A DNA stretch of 64,000 nt from the human T2T-CHM13v2.0 reference genome, Homo sapiens, in NCBI RefSeq assembly GCF_009914755.1, contig NC_060928.1; one strand, written 5' to 3'. The notes below the pieces were generated by a model. The model made no database searches and was not told where the DNA came from. It saw only the letters and a list, made by a program, of their open reading frames with translations. The number at the start of each line of letters is the position of its first letter. Position 1 is the first letter of the stretch. Below, one piece after another: positions 20,181-34,233 of the stretch. The translations under genes and the position numbers were made by a program.

Positions 20181-20588
20181 GTAATATTGCCAGTAATAAG
20201 AAGGCTACAAATCAGCTAAGAAAACAAGTGGCCAGATGGTAATGATTTCAAAATTGTGTTTGTTATATAAAAACATATATAGAATTAACTTCTGACAACA
20301 AAATGGTAATAAACTTCAAAATGACTGAAACAGAAATTATGCCTCCTCCCAGCAAAACTAATGCCAGTAGCAAATCTTGAAACGAATTACAAAATAAGTT
20401 TATAAAATAAACTTTCTAGAGGGAATTTGTAATATTCTGTTTAAATACACCACTCTTACTGGTGATACAATGATTTCTTCTTTAATGATTAAAAAAAATT
20501 GTCTCTTAGGGAAAAAAAATGGATCTTGTAACAGCACTTTTTAAAAAGTCACGATACTCACAGGCTCTTAAGAATCACTACTGCCAAA

Positions 20589-23182
20589 AAAAAAAAAAAT
20601 CTGAATTCCTGCTCTGCCTCTGCCTCTCCCCTCTCCCCTCTCCCTCTCGGTCTCCCTCTCCCTCTCTTTCCATGGTCTCCCTCTGATGCCGAGCCGAAGC
20701 TGGACTGTACTGCTGCCATCTCGGCTCACTGCAACCTCCCTGCCTGATTCTCCTGCCTCAGCCGGCCGAGTGCCTGCGATTGCAGGCGCGCGCCACCACG
20801 CCTGACTGGTTTTCGTACTTTTTTGGTGGAGACGGGGTTTCGCTGTGTTGGCCGGGCTGGTCTCCAGCTCCTAACCGCGAGTGATCCGCCAGCCTTGGCC
20901 TCCCGAGGTGCCGGGATTGCAGACGGAGTCTGGTTCACTCAGTGCTCAATGGTGCCCAGGCTGGAGTGCAGTGGTGTGATCTCAGCTCGCTACAACCTCC
21001 ATCTCCCAGCCGCCTGCCTTGGCCTCCCAAAGTGCCGAGATTGCAGCCTCTGCCCGGCCACCACCCCGTCTGGGAAGTGAGGAGTGTCTCTGCCTGGCCG
21101 CCCATCGTCTGGGACGTGAGGAGCCCCTCTGCCTGGCTGCCCAGTCTAGAAAGTGAGGAGCGTCTCTGCCCGGCCGCCATCCCATCTAGGAAGTGAGGAG
21201 CGCCTCTTCCCGGCAGCCATCCCATCTGGGAAGTGAGGAGCGTCTCTGCCCGGCCGCCCATCGTCTGAGATGTGGGGAGCGCCTCTGCCCCGCCGCCCTG
21301 TCTGGGATGTGAGGAGCGCCTCTGCCCGGCCGCGACCCCGTCTGGGAGGTGAGGAGCGTCTCTGCCCAGCTGCCCCGTCTGAGAAGTGAGGAGTCCCTCC
21401 GCCCAGCATCCGCCCCATCTGAGAAGTGAGGAGCCCCTCCGCCCGGCAGCCGCCCCGTCTGAGAAGTGAGGAGTCCCTCTGCCCGGCAGCCACCCCGTCT
21501 GGGAAGTGAGGAGCGTCTCCGCCCGGCAGCCGCCCCGTCCGGGAGGGAGGTGGGGGGCTCAGCCCCCCGCCCTGCCAGCCGCCCCATCCGGGAGGGAGGT
21601 GGGGGGGTCAGCCCCCCGCCCGGCCAGCCGCCCCATCCGGGAGGGAGGTGGGGGGGTCAGCCCCCCGCCCGGCCAGCCGCCCCGTCCGGGAGGTGAGGGG
21701 CGCCTCTGCCCAGCCGCCCCTACTGGGAAGTGAGGAGCCCCTCTGCCTGGCCAGCCGCCCCGTCCGGGAGGGAGGTGGGGGGGTCAGCCCCCCGCCCGGC
21801 CAGCCGCCCCGTCCGGGAGGGAGGTGGGGGGGTCAGCCCCCCGCCCGGCCAGCCGCCCCGTCTGGGAGGGAGGTGGGGTCAGCTCCCCGCCCAGCCAGCC
21901 GCCCCGTCCGGGAGGTGAGGGGCGCCTCTGCCCAGCCGCCCCTACTGGGAAGTGAGGAGCCCCTCTGCCAGGCCAGCCACCCCGTCCGGGAGGGAGGTGG
22001 GGGGCTCAGCCCCCCGCCCGGCCAGCCGACCCGTCCAGGAGGGAGGTGGGGGGATCAGCACCCCGCCCGGCCAGCCGCCCCGTCCGGGAGGGAGGTGGGG
22101 GGGTCAGCCCCCCGCCCGGCCAGACGCCCCGTCCGGGAGGTGAGGGGCGCCTCTGCCCAGCCGCCCCTACTGGGAAGTGAGGAGCCCCTCTGCTGGGCCA
22201 GCCGCCCCGTCCGGGAGGGAGGTGGGGGGGTCAGCCCCGTGCCCGGCCAGCCGCCCCGTCCGGGAGGTGAGGGGCGCCTCTGCCCGGCCGCCCCTACTGG
22301 GAAGTGAGGAGCCCCTCTGCCCAGCCAGCCGCCCCGTCCGGGAGGGAGGTGGGGGGTTCAGCCCCCCGCCCGGCCAGCCGCCCCGTCCGGGAGGGAGGTG
22401 GGGGGGTCAGCCCCCCGCCCGGCCAGCCGCCCCGTCCGGGAGGGAGGTGGGGGGGTCAGCCCCACGTCCGGGAGGGAGGTGGGGGGGTCAGCCCCCCGCC
22501 CGGCCAGCCGCCCTGTCCAGGAGGGAGGTGGGGGGGTCAGCCCCCCGCCCGGCCAGCTGCCCCGTCCGGGAGGTGAGGGGCGCCTCTGCCCGGCCACCCC
22601 TACTAGGAAGTGAGGAGCCCCTCTGCCCAGCCACCACCTCATCTGGGAGGTGTACCCAACAGCTCATTGAGAACGGGCCGGGATGACAATGGCGGTTTTG
22701 TGGAATAGAAAGGGGGAAAAGGTGGGGAAAAGATTGAGAAATCGGATGGTTGCCGTGTCTGTGTAGAAAGAAGTAGACATGGGAGACTTTTCATTTTGTT
22801 CTGTACTAAGATAAATTCTTCTGCCTTGGGATCCTGTTGATCGGTGACCTTACCCCCAACCCTGTGCTCTCTGAAACATGTGCTGTGTCCACTCAGGGTT
22901 AAATGGATTAAGGGCGGTGCAAGATGTGCTTTGTTAAACAGATGCTTGAAAGGCAGCATGCTCCTTAAGAATCATCACCACTCCCTAATCTCAAGTACCC
23001 AGGGACACAAACACTGCGGAAGGCCGCAGAGTCCTCTGCCTAGGAAAACCAGAGACCTTTGTTCACTTGTTTATCTGCCAACCTTCCCTCCACTATTGTC
23101 CTATGACCCTGCCAAATCCCCCTCTGTGAGAAACACCCAAGAATGATCAATAAAAAAAATAAAAATTAAAAAAAAAAAAAAA
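20589..23182 (+). mobile_element. Full-length SVA (SVA_D/E-like) with ~22 nt of extra 5' sequence
   Basis: CT-rich hexamers, Alu-like domain, GC-rich VNTR (~21050-22650), SINE-R, AATAAA and polyA; 19-bp TSD aagaatcactactgccaaa at 20570-20588 and 23183-23201. Confidence 0.97.
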
Positions 23183-24396
23183 AAGAATCACTACTGCCAA
23201 ATTTAATTTAAAAGACAATTCATGTTGCAGACCTGTGGGTTTTTAAAAGATTCATCTAGGGAAATAATTAACACCTAGCACTCAATTCTTCCTTGGCTGT
23301 GTTAGTTACATAGTAAAATTTTACTTGTGCCATAGTATATTACTTTGTTTAAATAATTAACATAAATCTGTATTCAAGAGTACTTGTCAGAGTTTTTCCC
23401 ATGAATCTGCTTGAAGAAAAAGCAACTTGTGGTGGGGGACTGCAGTGATCCAGGTGCTTTTGGACAAGAATCAAAACAATACTGTGGATAACAAGGGCAG
23501 AATGGCCATGGTTAAAAATTTGATGAGAGTTCATTATAACCAGCATGTGACAAGGAAATTTGATTCTTTCTGTGGTATACAATACTTTAACATAATAACC
23601 CAAATTATGACTGATGACATGTTAGATTTCTAGCAATCTCATATTAATTTTTGGAGCACTCATATCAATAACATACCCATAAATATAACTTGAAGGTTTA
23701 ACATCACTTACTCGTTGACAATCAATGCTTCTCATGTAATTTAACATATCAAATACGCTTAATTAGTTTTATATCAGTCTTTTACAAGGCAATAGAAACA
23801 TCTCTTGCAACTTTCCAGGGGTCCAACAGAAAAATCTCAAAATTAATTTGAGATTGAAACAATTTAAGATTTGATTTTGGGAAGTTTGTAAAAAATGTCA
23901 AAAGACTTAACAATTAAAAATGATCTTGGCTATCTATTTCATCAAAGTGACAGCAGAAAAATTTAAAGGCAAATACAGAAAGTTACATGGTTCTGAACAA
24001 ACTTAGCTCTTTTAATATTGAGAAGTCTCACTTTTCTTAAGTAATCAAAGATCCAACAGAAAATAACATGAGGCATAAAAAATTATCTTGATAAAACACA
24101 AAGTCTTTATTTTCTAGGTCAATTACTTAAAAGGAAAAAACCTCAGACCAATTTATCTTCTCAGACCAATACCCCAATAAAACTTCATCATTTTGACAGA
24201 AAAGGCCAACTTCTACTTTTGTATCTATGTGCTATTACTACTAAAGCTAATTTTCAATAAAACCTTTTAAATAAATTCATCCAATCTAAGTCAGCTTTGA
24301 TCATACAAGATAGTTTCCACAAACTTTTTGTAACTTTTAAAAAATATTCATCAACTTCTCTTTTCAAACAAAAATTCATCCTTCATACCTTTTTTT

Positions 24397-27172
24397 TTTT
24401 TTTTTTTTTAATTGATCATTCTTGGGTGTTTCTCGCAGAAGGGATTTGGCAGGGTCATAGGACAATAGTGGAGGGAAGGTTGGCAGATAAACAAGTGAAC
24501 AAAGGTCTCTGGTTTTCCTAGGCAGAGGACCCTGCGGCCTTCCGCAGTGTTTGTGTCCCTGGGTACTTAAGATTAGGGAGTGGTGATGACTCTTAACGAG
24601 CATGCTGCCTTCAAGCATCTGTTTAACAAAGCACATCTTGCACCGCCCTTAATCCATTTAACCCTGAGTGGACACAGCACATGTTTCAGAGAGCACAGGG
24701 TTGGGGATAAGGTCACAGATCAACAGGATCCCAAGGCAGGAGAATTTTTCTTAGTACAGAACAAAATGAAAAGTCTCCCATGTCTACTTCTATCCACACA
24801 GACCCGACAACCATCCGATTTCTCAATTTTTTCCCCACCCTTCCCGCCTTTCTATTCCACAAAACCGCCATTGTCATCATGGCCCATCCCCAATGAGCCG
24901 CTGGGCACACCTCCCAGACGGGGTCGTGGCCGGGCAGAGGGGCTCCTCACTTCCCAGTAGGGGCGGCCGGGCAGAAGCGCCCCTCACCTCCCGGATGGGG
25001 CGGCTGGCCGGGCGGGGGGCTGACCCCCGCACCACCCTCCCGGACGGGGCGGCTGGCCAGGCAGAGGGGCTCCTCACTTCCCAGTAGGGGCGGCCGGGCA
25101 GAGGCGCCCCTCACCTCCTGGATAGGGCGGCTGGCCGGGCGGGGGGCTGACCCCTCCACCTCCCTCCCGGACGGGGCGGCTGGCCGACCCCCCCCCCCCC
25201 CGCCTCCCTCCCGGACGGGGCGGCTGGCCGGGCAGAGGGGCTCCTCACTTCCCAGTAGGGGCGGCCGGGCAGAGGCGCCCCTCACCTCCCGGACGGGGCG
25301 GCTGGTCAGGCGGGGGGCTGATCCCCCCACCTCCCTCCCGGACGGGGCGGCTGGCCGGGCAGGGGGCTGACTCCCCCTACCCCCTCCCGGACGGGGCGGC
25401 TGGCCGGGCGGGGGGCTGACCCCCCCACCTCCCTCCCAGATGGGGCGGCTGGCCAGGCGGGGGGCTGACCCCCCCACCTCCCTCCTGGACGGGGCGGCTG
25501 GCCGGGCAGAGGGGCTCCTCACTTCCCAGTAGGGGCGGCCGGGCAGAGGCGCCCCTCACCTCCCGGACGGGGCGGCTGGCCGGGCGGGGGGCTGACCCCC
25601 CCACCTCCCTCCCAGATGGGGCGGCTGGCCAGGCGGGGGGCTGACCCCCCCACCTCCCTCCTGGACGGGGCGGCTGGCCGGGCAGAGGGGTCCTCACTTC
25701 CCAGTAGGGGCGGCCGGGCAGAGGCGCCCCTCACCTCCCGGAAGGGGCGGCTGGCCAGGCGGGGGGCTGATCCCCCCACCTCCCTCCCGGACGGGGCGGC
25801 TGGCCGGGCGGGGGGCTGACCCCCCACCTCCCTCCCGGACTGGGCGGCTGGCCGGGCGGGGGGCTGATCCCCCCACCTCCCTCCCGGACGGGGCGGCTGG
25901 CCGGGCAGAGGGGTCCTCACTTCCCAGTAGGGGCGGCCGGGCAGAGGCGCCCCTCACCTCCCGGACGGGGCGGCCGGCCGGGCGGGGGGCTGACCCCCCC
26001 ACCTCCCTCCCGGACGGGGCGGCTGGCCGGGCAGAGGGGCTCCTCACTTCCCAGTAGGGGCGGCCGGGCAGAGGCGCCCCTCACCTCCCGGACGGGGCGG
26101 CTGGCCAGGCGGGGGGCTGATCCCCCCACCTCCCTCCCGGACGGGGCGGCTGGCCGGGCAGGGGGCTGACCCCCACTCCCCCCTCCCGGACTGGGCGGCT
26201 GGCCGGGCAGAGGGGCTCCTCACTTCCCAGTAGGGGCGGCCGGGCAGAGGAGCCCCTCACCTCCCGGACGGGGCGGCTGGCCGGGCGGGGGGCTGACCCC
26301 CCCCCCCCCCCCGCTCCCGGACGGGGTGGCTGCCGGGCGGAGACGCTCCTCACTTCCCAGACGGGGTGGCTGCTGGACGGAGGGGCTCCTCACTTCTCAG
26401 ACGGGGCGGTTGCCAGGCAGAGGGTTTCCTCACTTCTCAGACGGGGCGGCCGGGCAGAGGCGCTCCTCACATCCCAGACAGGGCGGCGGGGCAGAGGTGC
26501 TCCCCACCTCTCAGACGATGGGCGGCCGGGCAGAGACGCTCCTCACTTCCTAGATGGGATGGCGGCGGGGAAGAGGCGCTCCTCGCTTCCTAGATGGGAT
26601 GGCGGCCGGGCAGAGACGCTCCTCAGTTTCCAGACTGGGCAGCCAGGCAGAGGGGCTCCTCACGTCCCAGACGATGGGCGGCCAGGCAGAGACGCTCCTC
26701 ACTTCCCAGACGGGGTGGCGGCCAGGCAGAGGCTGCAATCTCGGCTCTTTGGGGGGCCAAGGCAGGCGGCTGGGAGGTGGAGGTTGTAGCGAGCCGAGAT
26801 CACGCCACTGCACTCCAGCCTTGGCACCATTGAGCACTGAGTGAACGAGACTCCGTCTGCAATCCCGGCACCTCGGGAGGCCGAGGCTGGCGGATCACTC
26901 GCGGTTAGGAGCTGGAGACCAGCCCGGCCAACACAGCAAAACCCCGTCTCCACCAAAAAAATACGAAAACCAGTCAGGCGTGGCGGCGCGCGCAGGCACT
27001 CGGCAGGCTGAGGCAGGAGAATCAGGCAGGGAGGCTGCAGTGAGCGGAGATCGCAGCAGTACAGTCCAGCTTCGGCTCGGCATCAGAGGGAGACCGTGGA
27101 AGGAGACCGTGGAGAGGGGAGAGGGAGAGGGAGGGGGAGGGGGAGGGGAAGGGGGAGGGGGAGAGGGAGAGC
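24397..27172 (-). mobile_element. Full-length SVA (SVA_F-like)
   Basis: PolyT, SINE-R with the gtgcccagcggctcattggggatggg-type diagnostic, VNTR, Alu-like domain, (CCCTCT)n; 17-bp TSD ccttcataccttttttt at 24380-24396 and 27173-27189; extra 5' G at 27172. Confidence 0.97.
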
Positions 27173-27421
27173 CCTTCATACCTTTTTTTATCAGACACAA
27201 CTTACTTTTGTTGCATACAGTATTGTTTCCCTTATAATTTTGAATAGGTTAATTATATACATTAATTATAATTTTAAATTCTTATTAAATTTAATTTCTA
27301 GTGAAAATTAGCAAACATTGTGAACTGTCTTATATTAGCATTCACCATTTTATACTTTTTGGAAACATGTTTCCTCAATTTTTCATATTTATTAACAAAC
27401 TAAATATATTTCATTTCTCTA

Positions 27422-27811
<390 letters not shown>

Positions 27812-29522
27812 TTAACTTACTTGGAAATGACTCAAACATCTAATGGGCATTTATTACTTAATTTTATTTTAAGGTTACAAGTTATCAAAAAGATTTTTGA
27901 GGCCATTTTAAAGTAGATATTTTATAAACAATTATTAATAAAACCTCACTTAAACTTTTATACAACTTATATTCATTTAATTTACTTATTCTAAACAATT
28001 ATGCTTGAACTGTTCATGAAAATTTTATGAGACATTAAACAAAGCTGGCCAATATCTTAAGTATTTTTTGTTGTTATTGGTAAATCAGGCAAGTACCAAA
28101 AATACTATAGAAGCCAAGAAACTAAAAATTTCAATGTGGTTCTTTCCTCTCTTTTTTTTTCTCCATGACTGACATGTTTCAGGCAATTTATTTTTAGTGT
28201 GCATTCTGCTCTTAGGTTGGATTTATACTTTTATGGTCTTAAGCATCTAACAGAGACAACACAAACATGTATAATCAGTAAACCCAGGCAAAAATGTATG
28301 TTTAGATTATTAAATAATCTAATTATTTAATAATCAGACAGAAGCAGATTTTACAGCTTTCATTCTAAAACATTTAGCCATGTGCCAGGTCTGATAATTT
28401 AAGACTCACTAACTAGATCTGGCGAATGGGACAAGTTGAGGCTACCTGCTCAGATGGTTAAAGCTTTTTCTGAAGTATTGTGGAGAAAGATTTTAAGACT
28501 TTTTATTTTACCAGTTTCTGGTAAAACCCGGTTTCTGATGATCATTATTTCTTTGAAGTTTGAATTTCCACAAGATAACCATCAAGTTCTAGAGAAGACA
28601 GGGTAGGAAATTTATATCTCAAAGTTCCTCTGATAATAGGCTTTCTCAAATAGAGTGAATAGAGAAAGTCTATTATCAGAGATCAATCTTATGGAAGCTG
28701 TGGACTAAATTTTAGGCTGGTGACTGAAGGGACATCTAGCAGGTAACCGTCTCCAAAGACCCATGTGAATGGACAAGACATCTATTTCTGCTAAAACTGA
28801 ATTTTTGCATTTTTCACTAGTTTGGTCTTGAGATTTTTTTCTTGAGAGTGGCTATAAACTCTACCCCTGCCCTGACAGGCCTATCAAAAAAGCCACTCTT
28901 TATGAGAGCCCAGACCAGGAGGAGAGTGAGGTTTGGGTGTGTCGGTTAGGTGAGACCAGAGGAGGATTCAAAATGGATGTCAAGGCAACATAGACTTACA
29001 GGAATTTACTATAGGATTTTACAAGGAAGTACAGAGATGGGCCTTGGAGAAGGTTCAGAAGCCTGACTAAAGTTTGGCCATAGAAACCTGAATTCTTCTT
29101 ACCTCTGATGTTTCCTTTTAGTAATTTTCCATCCACCGATCAACAAATGGAGGAGACAGGAGCTTGAAGGGGAACATATCAGGGATTAAAAGAACTGAAT
29201 TGAAAGTTCAGAAGATTGAGGGTGGCAAAAGGAAGGAGGGACAGAAGTAAATAGAAGAAGTAGTCTTCAGAAGTCAGTATGGAGAGATCTTAATTTTCCC
29301 AATGAAGTTCCACATTATCCTTAGCAAAAATTATGCCAACAAGAAAGGAAGTGGGCAGAAAGACCGAGCATATGGTTTGCAGGGGTTCAAGAAGAGGGTA
29401 TCAGTCAACTGAGATGTTCTCCTAGGGTAAGCAAGATCCAATAGAGAGAACAGAAATAACTTTAAAAGATTGTATCCTGAATATCAGTTTCCAATTAACC
29501 TGACTTCTGACCACAGAGCTCC

Positions 29523-29578
29523 AAAACAAACAAACAAACAAACAAACAAACAAACAAACAAAAAACAAACAAAAAAAC
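29523..29578. repeat. (AAAC)n microsatellite
   Basis: Direct reading. Confidence 0.95.
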
Positions 29579-30329
29579 CTTTCAAGTCCCTTATCATTAG
29601 ATTTTAGCTGGAGCAAATAACAACTATTCCTGGCTTTTTTTTTCCCCCATTTAAACCAGAGGTATCTACCAAGTGACTTATTATAGAATCAAAACCAGTA
29701 AGTGTTTTATAACTTAACCAAGGATGAAAGAGACTTACTCAAGAGAGGCAGCCCTCCCAAGATGCAGAGCCACTCTCAAGGACGGTCAAAAGAAAGACCT
29801 TTGTTGCCACAGGACCAAACAACAAAGGTTGAGACAACAAAAGCCTCTTATGAACTGGGACCTCTTAGTAAGACGATTCATCTGAGAGCTGACGCACTCT
29901 GACAAACAGAAGAGGCTCCCAGCCTATTCGACTGGCTTCCTGATGCAAGCTGATACTTTGCCCCACTGATGGCAGAGACCCGACAGAGTACTCTCACTGG
30001 TCACAAAGCCAAACACTCAGGACACAAAATGAGACAAACAGGAAGGAAATAGCTGTCCCTGGGAGGGAAAGGATCAATAACAAATGGTACCCCAAAACCA
30101 AATTTTACACAAGAGTCACAATCCAAACAAATGATTTTCTCCTGCTTACCTAATTTGGAATGGAAGGTATAGAGAAATTTTTACCTTCAGTTCTTAACTG
30201 AACACTAGAGGCAGAGCTTCGGGAGAGCTGACCTTGGTAAAAAAATTCTTACCTTTTCTTTGCCGGCTGTTTGTCAGTTGTCCCAGGATCTATTCTGCAG
30301 GTTCCAGAGCAAATTAGGTGTCTCAGCCA

Positions 30330-30347
30330 CCCCTACTTTGGGTGCCA
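30330..30347 (-). promoter_or_regulatory. Retroviral primer-binding site, tRNA-Lys(CUU)-like
   Basis: Reverse complement tggcacccaaagtagggg versus TGGCGCCCAACGTGGGGC (14/18), 5 nt inside the LTR boundary. Confidence 0.65.
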
Positions 30348-30352
30348 GAAAC

Positions 30353-30972
30353 TATAGGGGGCAGAAAGGTGACATCTTTCCTCACCTATTATAAGGATCA
30401 TGGTCAACACTCCTATAACAGAAGACAGGTTAACAAGAGAAAACCATAACACGTTTATTTAATCAAAGTTTTACATGATATAGGGGTCTTCAGAAATAAA
30501 GACCCAATGACCCAGGGAAAACTAGTTTAATGCATAGGTTCACTGAAGAATGGCTAGCCATGTAGGAATATGATTAGACAAAAAGAGTGTGATCTAATGG
30601 TAATAACAGAGGTTGGGGCAGGGGAGGGAAATCCAGAAAGGCCTGTCTGTTCAGATTTTTCTTGGCCTGTGTAGCATTTTTTCCTCCTGGGGATGGGGCA
30701 GGACCCCTCTGAAATGAGGGTCTCCAAGGAAGAAGGGAGAAGGAAAAGGGAGTGGCCTTTCTAGGTTTTATGGCTTGCTTTGGGGGAAAGGGATTCTAGT
30801 TTCTATGACCCACCTTGGGGAAGAGGAATTCTGGTTTCTGTGAATCACCTCAGAGGAGAAAGACTGGTGGAAAACCGAAGGATGGGAGAGGTCAGAGAGC
30901 CCCGCCTTCTGAGACCTTCCAGTCTCCTTCAGTTTAAATTACTCAGCATGTCAAAGTGTTCAGAGCCCAACA
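30353..30972 (-). mobile_element. 5' LTR, MER39/MER34 family
   Basis: Antisense start tgttgggctctgaacactttgacatgctgagta; aagacaggttaacaagagaaaa motif; adjacent PBS. Confidence 0.8.
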
Positions 30973-31870
30973 CCAGGTTATTGGGCCTTATGTTCCAAGT
31001 AGAGAACTGCATGGTGTAGACAAGAGGTGGTATTGAAGGACTGGGTGGCAGAGCAGGGACAAGGTCAATGGCATTTCGGAGTTACTCATCTGGTACCAGT
31101 GTGGAGCCTGGATTCCAGAAGGTAAGACTGACATCCAAGAGCCACTGCAGGAGCATTTCAGAGCAAGTGAAGGATACTGAGGGCCTGAAAAGGGATGGGA
31201 GGCAAGAGGATGGATTTAACAGAAAGTGATAATAGGGAAACTTGGCAGTTCTCAGGAGCTGGGTGGAGGAATAAGAGAGGAAATGAGTTGCTTAATGGAT
31301 CATTAAACAGGCCCACATATACACAATACTGTATATAAAAACCTCAAATGTTTTCAAGATTCTTCAGTTTAGCTGAGGTTAAATTGTCCTTCATTCCTAT
31401 CCATGTGACTGTAACAAGTTGCATTTTCTTTCATGACATTTGAACGTAAAACTTGAATGTCTCACATCACAAAAACCCTGTTTTATGGTCAGACACGTAT
31501 GGAGAGAGTTGGTCCTGGAGATGGAAGATAAGTGGAAAATGATGCTTACTTATGTCAGAGAGACATGTGCCTAATCTATGAACATTTACACATACCAGTG
31601 AGTAGAAAATTCAATATCACATAACAAATGCTATCTTATTTCTGAGGACTAGCAGGTAAGTAAAGTCACTCTATATATAGGACACTAAATCCAAAAGGTA
31701 GGAGACATTATCCCTGTCCTGGAAGAACTCACATCCTGGGAGATGAGATAAACCACACAGCTGATATGGGAAATACCCTTAGGATCTTACAAAGCAAGAC
31801 GCCATCAAGTTCTAGGCCACTGAACAAGGTAGAACTTGGGTAAATCTCTTAATTAAAAAGTGCTGTGATT

Positions 31871-32391
<521 letters not shown>

Positions 32392-32776
32392 TGAATTTAT
32401 ATCTATCTATATATTTTTTGGTACTCATAGCAACTATAGTTGGTATTAGTCTCATTATAAATATCAGTCAATTGAGCCCAGAGATGTTAAGTAACTTGCC
32501 TGTAATACTGTAAATATATATTTGGTCTTCATCCCTGTTTCCTGACCTACAACTCCTGAAGTCTTAGGAATCTTCAAAGCGATAAGTGTCTTTTTTGTGT
32601 GTTAATGAGTTGAGTTGTAGCTGGAAGCCCTTAAGTAGCTTCACGATGGGAGCTGGTCACAGGAAAGACCAAGGTACAAATAGAGGGTTGGGACCTTTCA
32701 GCCCCATCCCCCAGCCTCCAGGGAGAGAACAGGGGCTGAAGGTTAAGCTAATCACCAATGGCCATGATTTAACCAA

Positions 32777-33100
32777 TGTCAACTGGAGAATAATGGGGTT
32801 CCTAAGTTTGGAAAGGAGAACTTTATTTCTCATAAAGGGTTGCAGCCTGCAGGGTGGCCATTCTGAGTCTGGGAAGTGTGGCCTCCACTCAGAAGCCAGA
32901 AACAGACACTTCAAGGAAGAGGCTAAGCGAACAAGAATTTATACTGAGCAGAGTGGCTAAATATACATATTTATAAGCTGTCAGAAAGTCATGAATATTT
33001 ATGAGGGGAGAAATGTTCGCATGTGTAATTGAGTTTCATACTTCTCCCCTTTTAAAAAATGGATGTGTGGAGGTTATCTGAGGGTGGAGTTTTTGGCCCT
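32777..33100. mobile_element. ERV1 (MER4-group) LTR fragment nested in MER21
   Basis: Starts TG at the MER21 breakpoint; ctttatttctcataaagggttgcagcctgcag motif; the other end is missing. Confidence 0.6.
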
Positions 33101-33346
<246 letters not shown>

Positions 33347-33534
33347 TAATCCTGCCTATGTAATGAAGCTTCCATAAAACCCCAAAGGACTGGGTTCAGA
33401 GAGCTTCCAGTTAGCTGAACACGTGGAGATTCCTGGAGGGTGGCGTGCCCCAGAGGGTAGAGAGGCTCCTTACCTCTTCCCACATACCTTGCCCTGCCTA
33501 TCTCTCCATTGATATGCTTTGTGAACATCCTTTA

Positions 33535-33828
33535 TTTTATTTTTATTTTTTTGAGATGGGGTCTCACTCTGTCACCCAGCCTGGAGTGCAGGGGCATGAT
33601 CCCGGCTCACTGCAACTTCTGCTTCCTGGGTTCAAGCAATTTGCTGGCTCGGCCCCCCGAGTAGCTGAGATTACAGGTGCCCACCACCATGCTTGGCTAA
33701 ATTTTGTATTTTTAGTAGAGATGAGGTTTCACCATCTTTGCCAGGCTGATCTTGAACTCCTGACCTCGTCCACCTGCCTGGGCCTCCCAAAGTGCTGGGA
33801 TTACAGGCGTAAGCCACCGTGCCTGGCC
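33535..33828 (-). mobile_element. Alu (AluS)
   Basis: TSD tgaacatccttta. Confidence 0.92.
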
Positions 33829-34233
33829 ATGAACATCCTTTATAATAAACCAGTACATGTAAGTAAGTGTTATCCTGAGTTTTGTGAGCCACTCTAGCAA
33901 AGTAATTGAACCCAAGAGGGAGTTATGGGAACCCTGACTTACAGCCAGTTAGCCAGAAGCACAGGCTACAATGTGGGGCTTTTGATTGGCATCTGAATTG
34001 GAGATAGTCTTGTGGGACTGAGCCCTTAACCCATGGGATCTGACACTATCTTCAGGTATGTAGTGTTAGAATTGAATTGAATAAGAGGACACCCAGCTGG
34101 TGTCAGCTCCTGAATCTGGTGTCAGGATTGACTGACTGCTTGGTGTCCAGGAAAAGACCTCCCACACATCAGGTGTCAAAACTGCTGTGTTGATTGTATT
34201 GAGTGATGAGAGAGGATAAGAAAAAGCACTTGT

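Noticed and set aside
21466-26353. Repeat-and-spacer appearance resembling a CRISPR array
   Set aside because: These are ~37-50-bp SVA VNTR units with no unique spacers and no cas genes, in eukaryotic DNA.
20570-27189. The two SVAs as one inverted duplication or twin-priming product
   Set aside because: Each has its own TSD, hexamer head and polyA tail, and their SINE-R diagnostics differ.
20726-27311. Many overlapping Pro/Gly/Arg-rich ORFs up to 219 aa
   Set aside because: They are translations of the stop-poor SVA VNTR and Alu-like domains, not genes.
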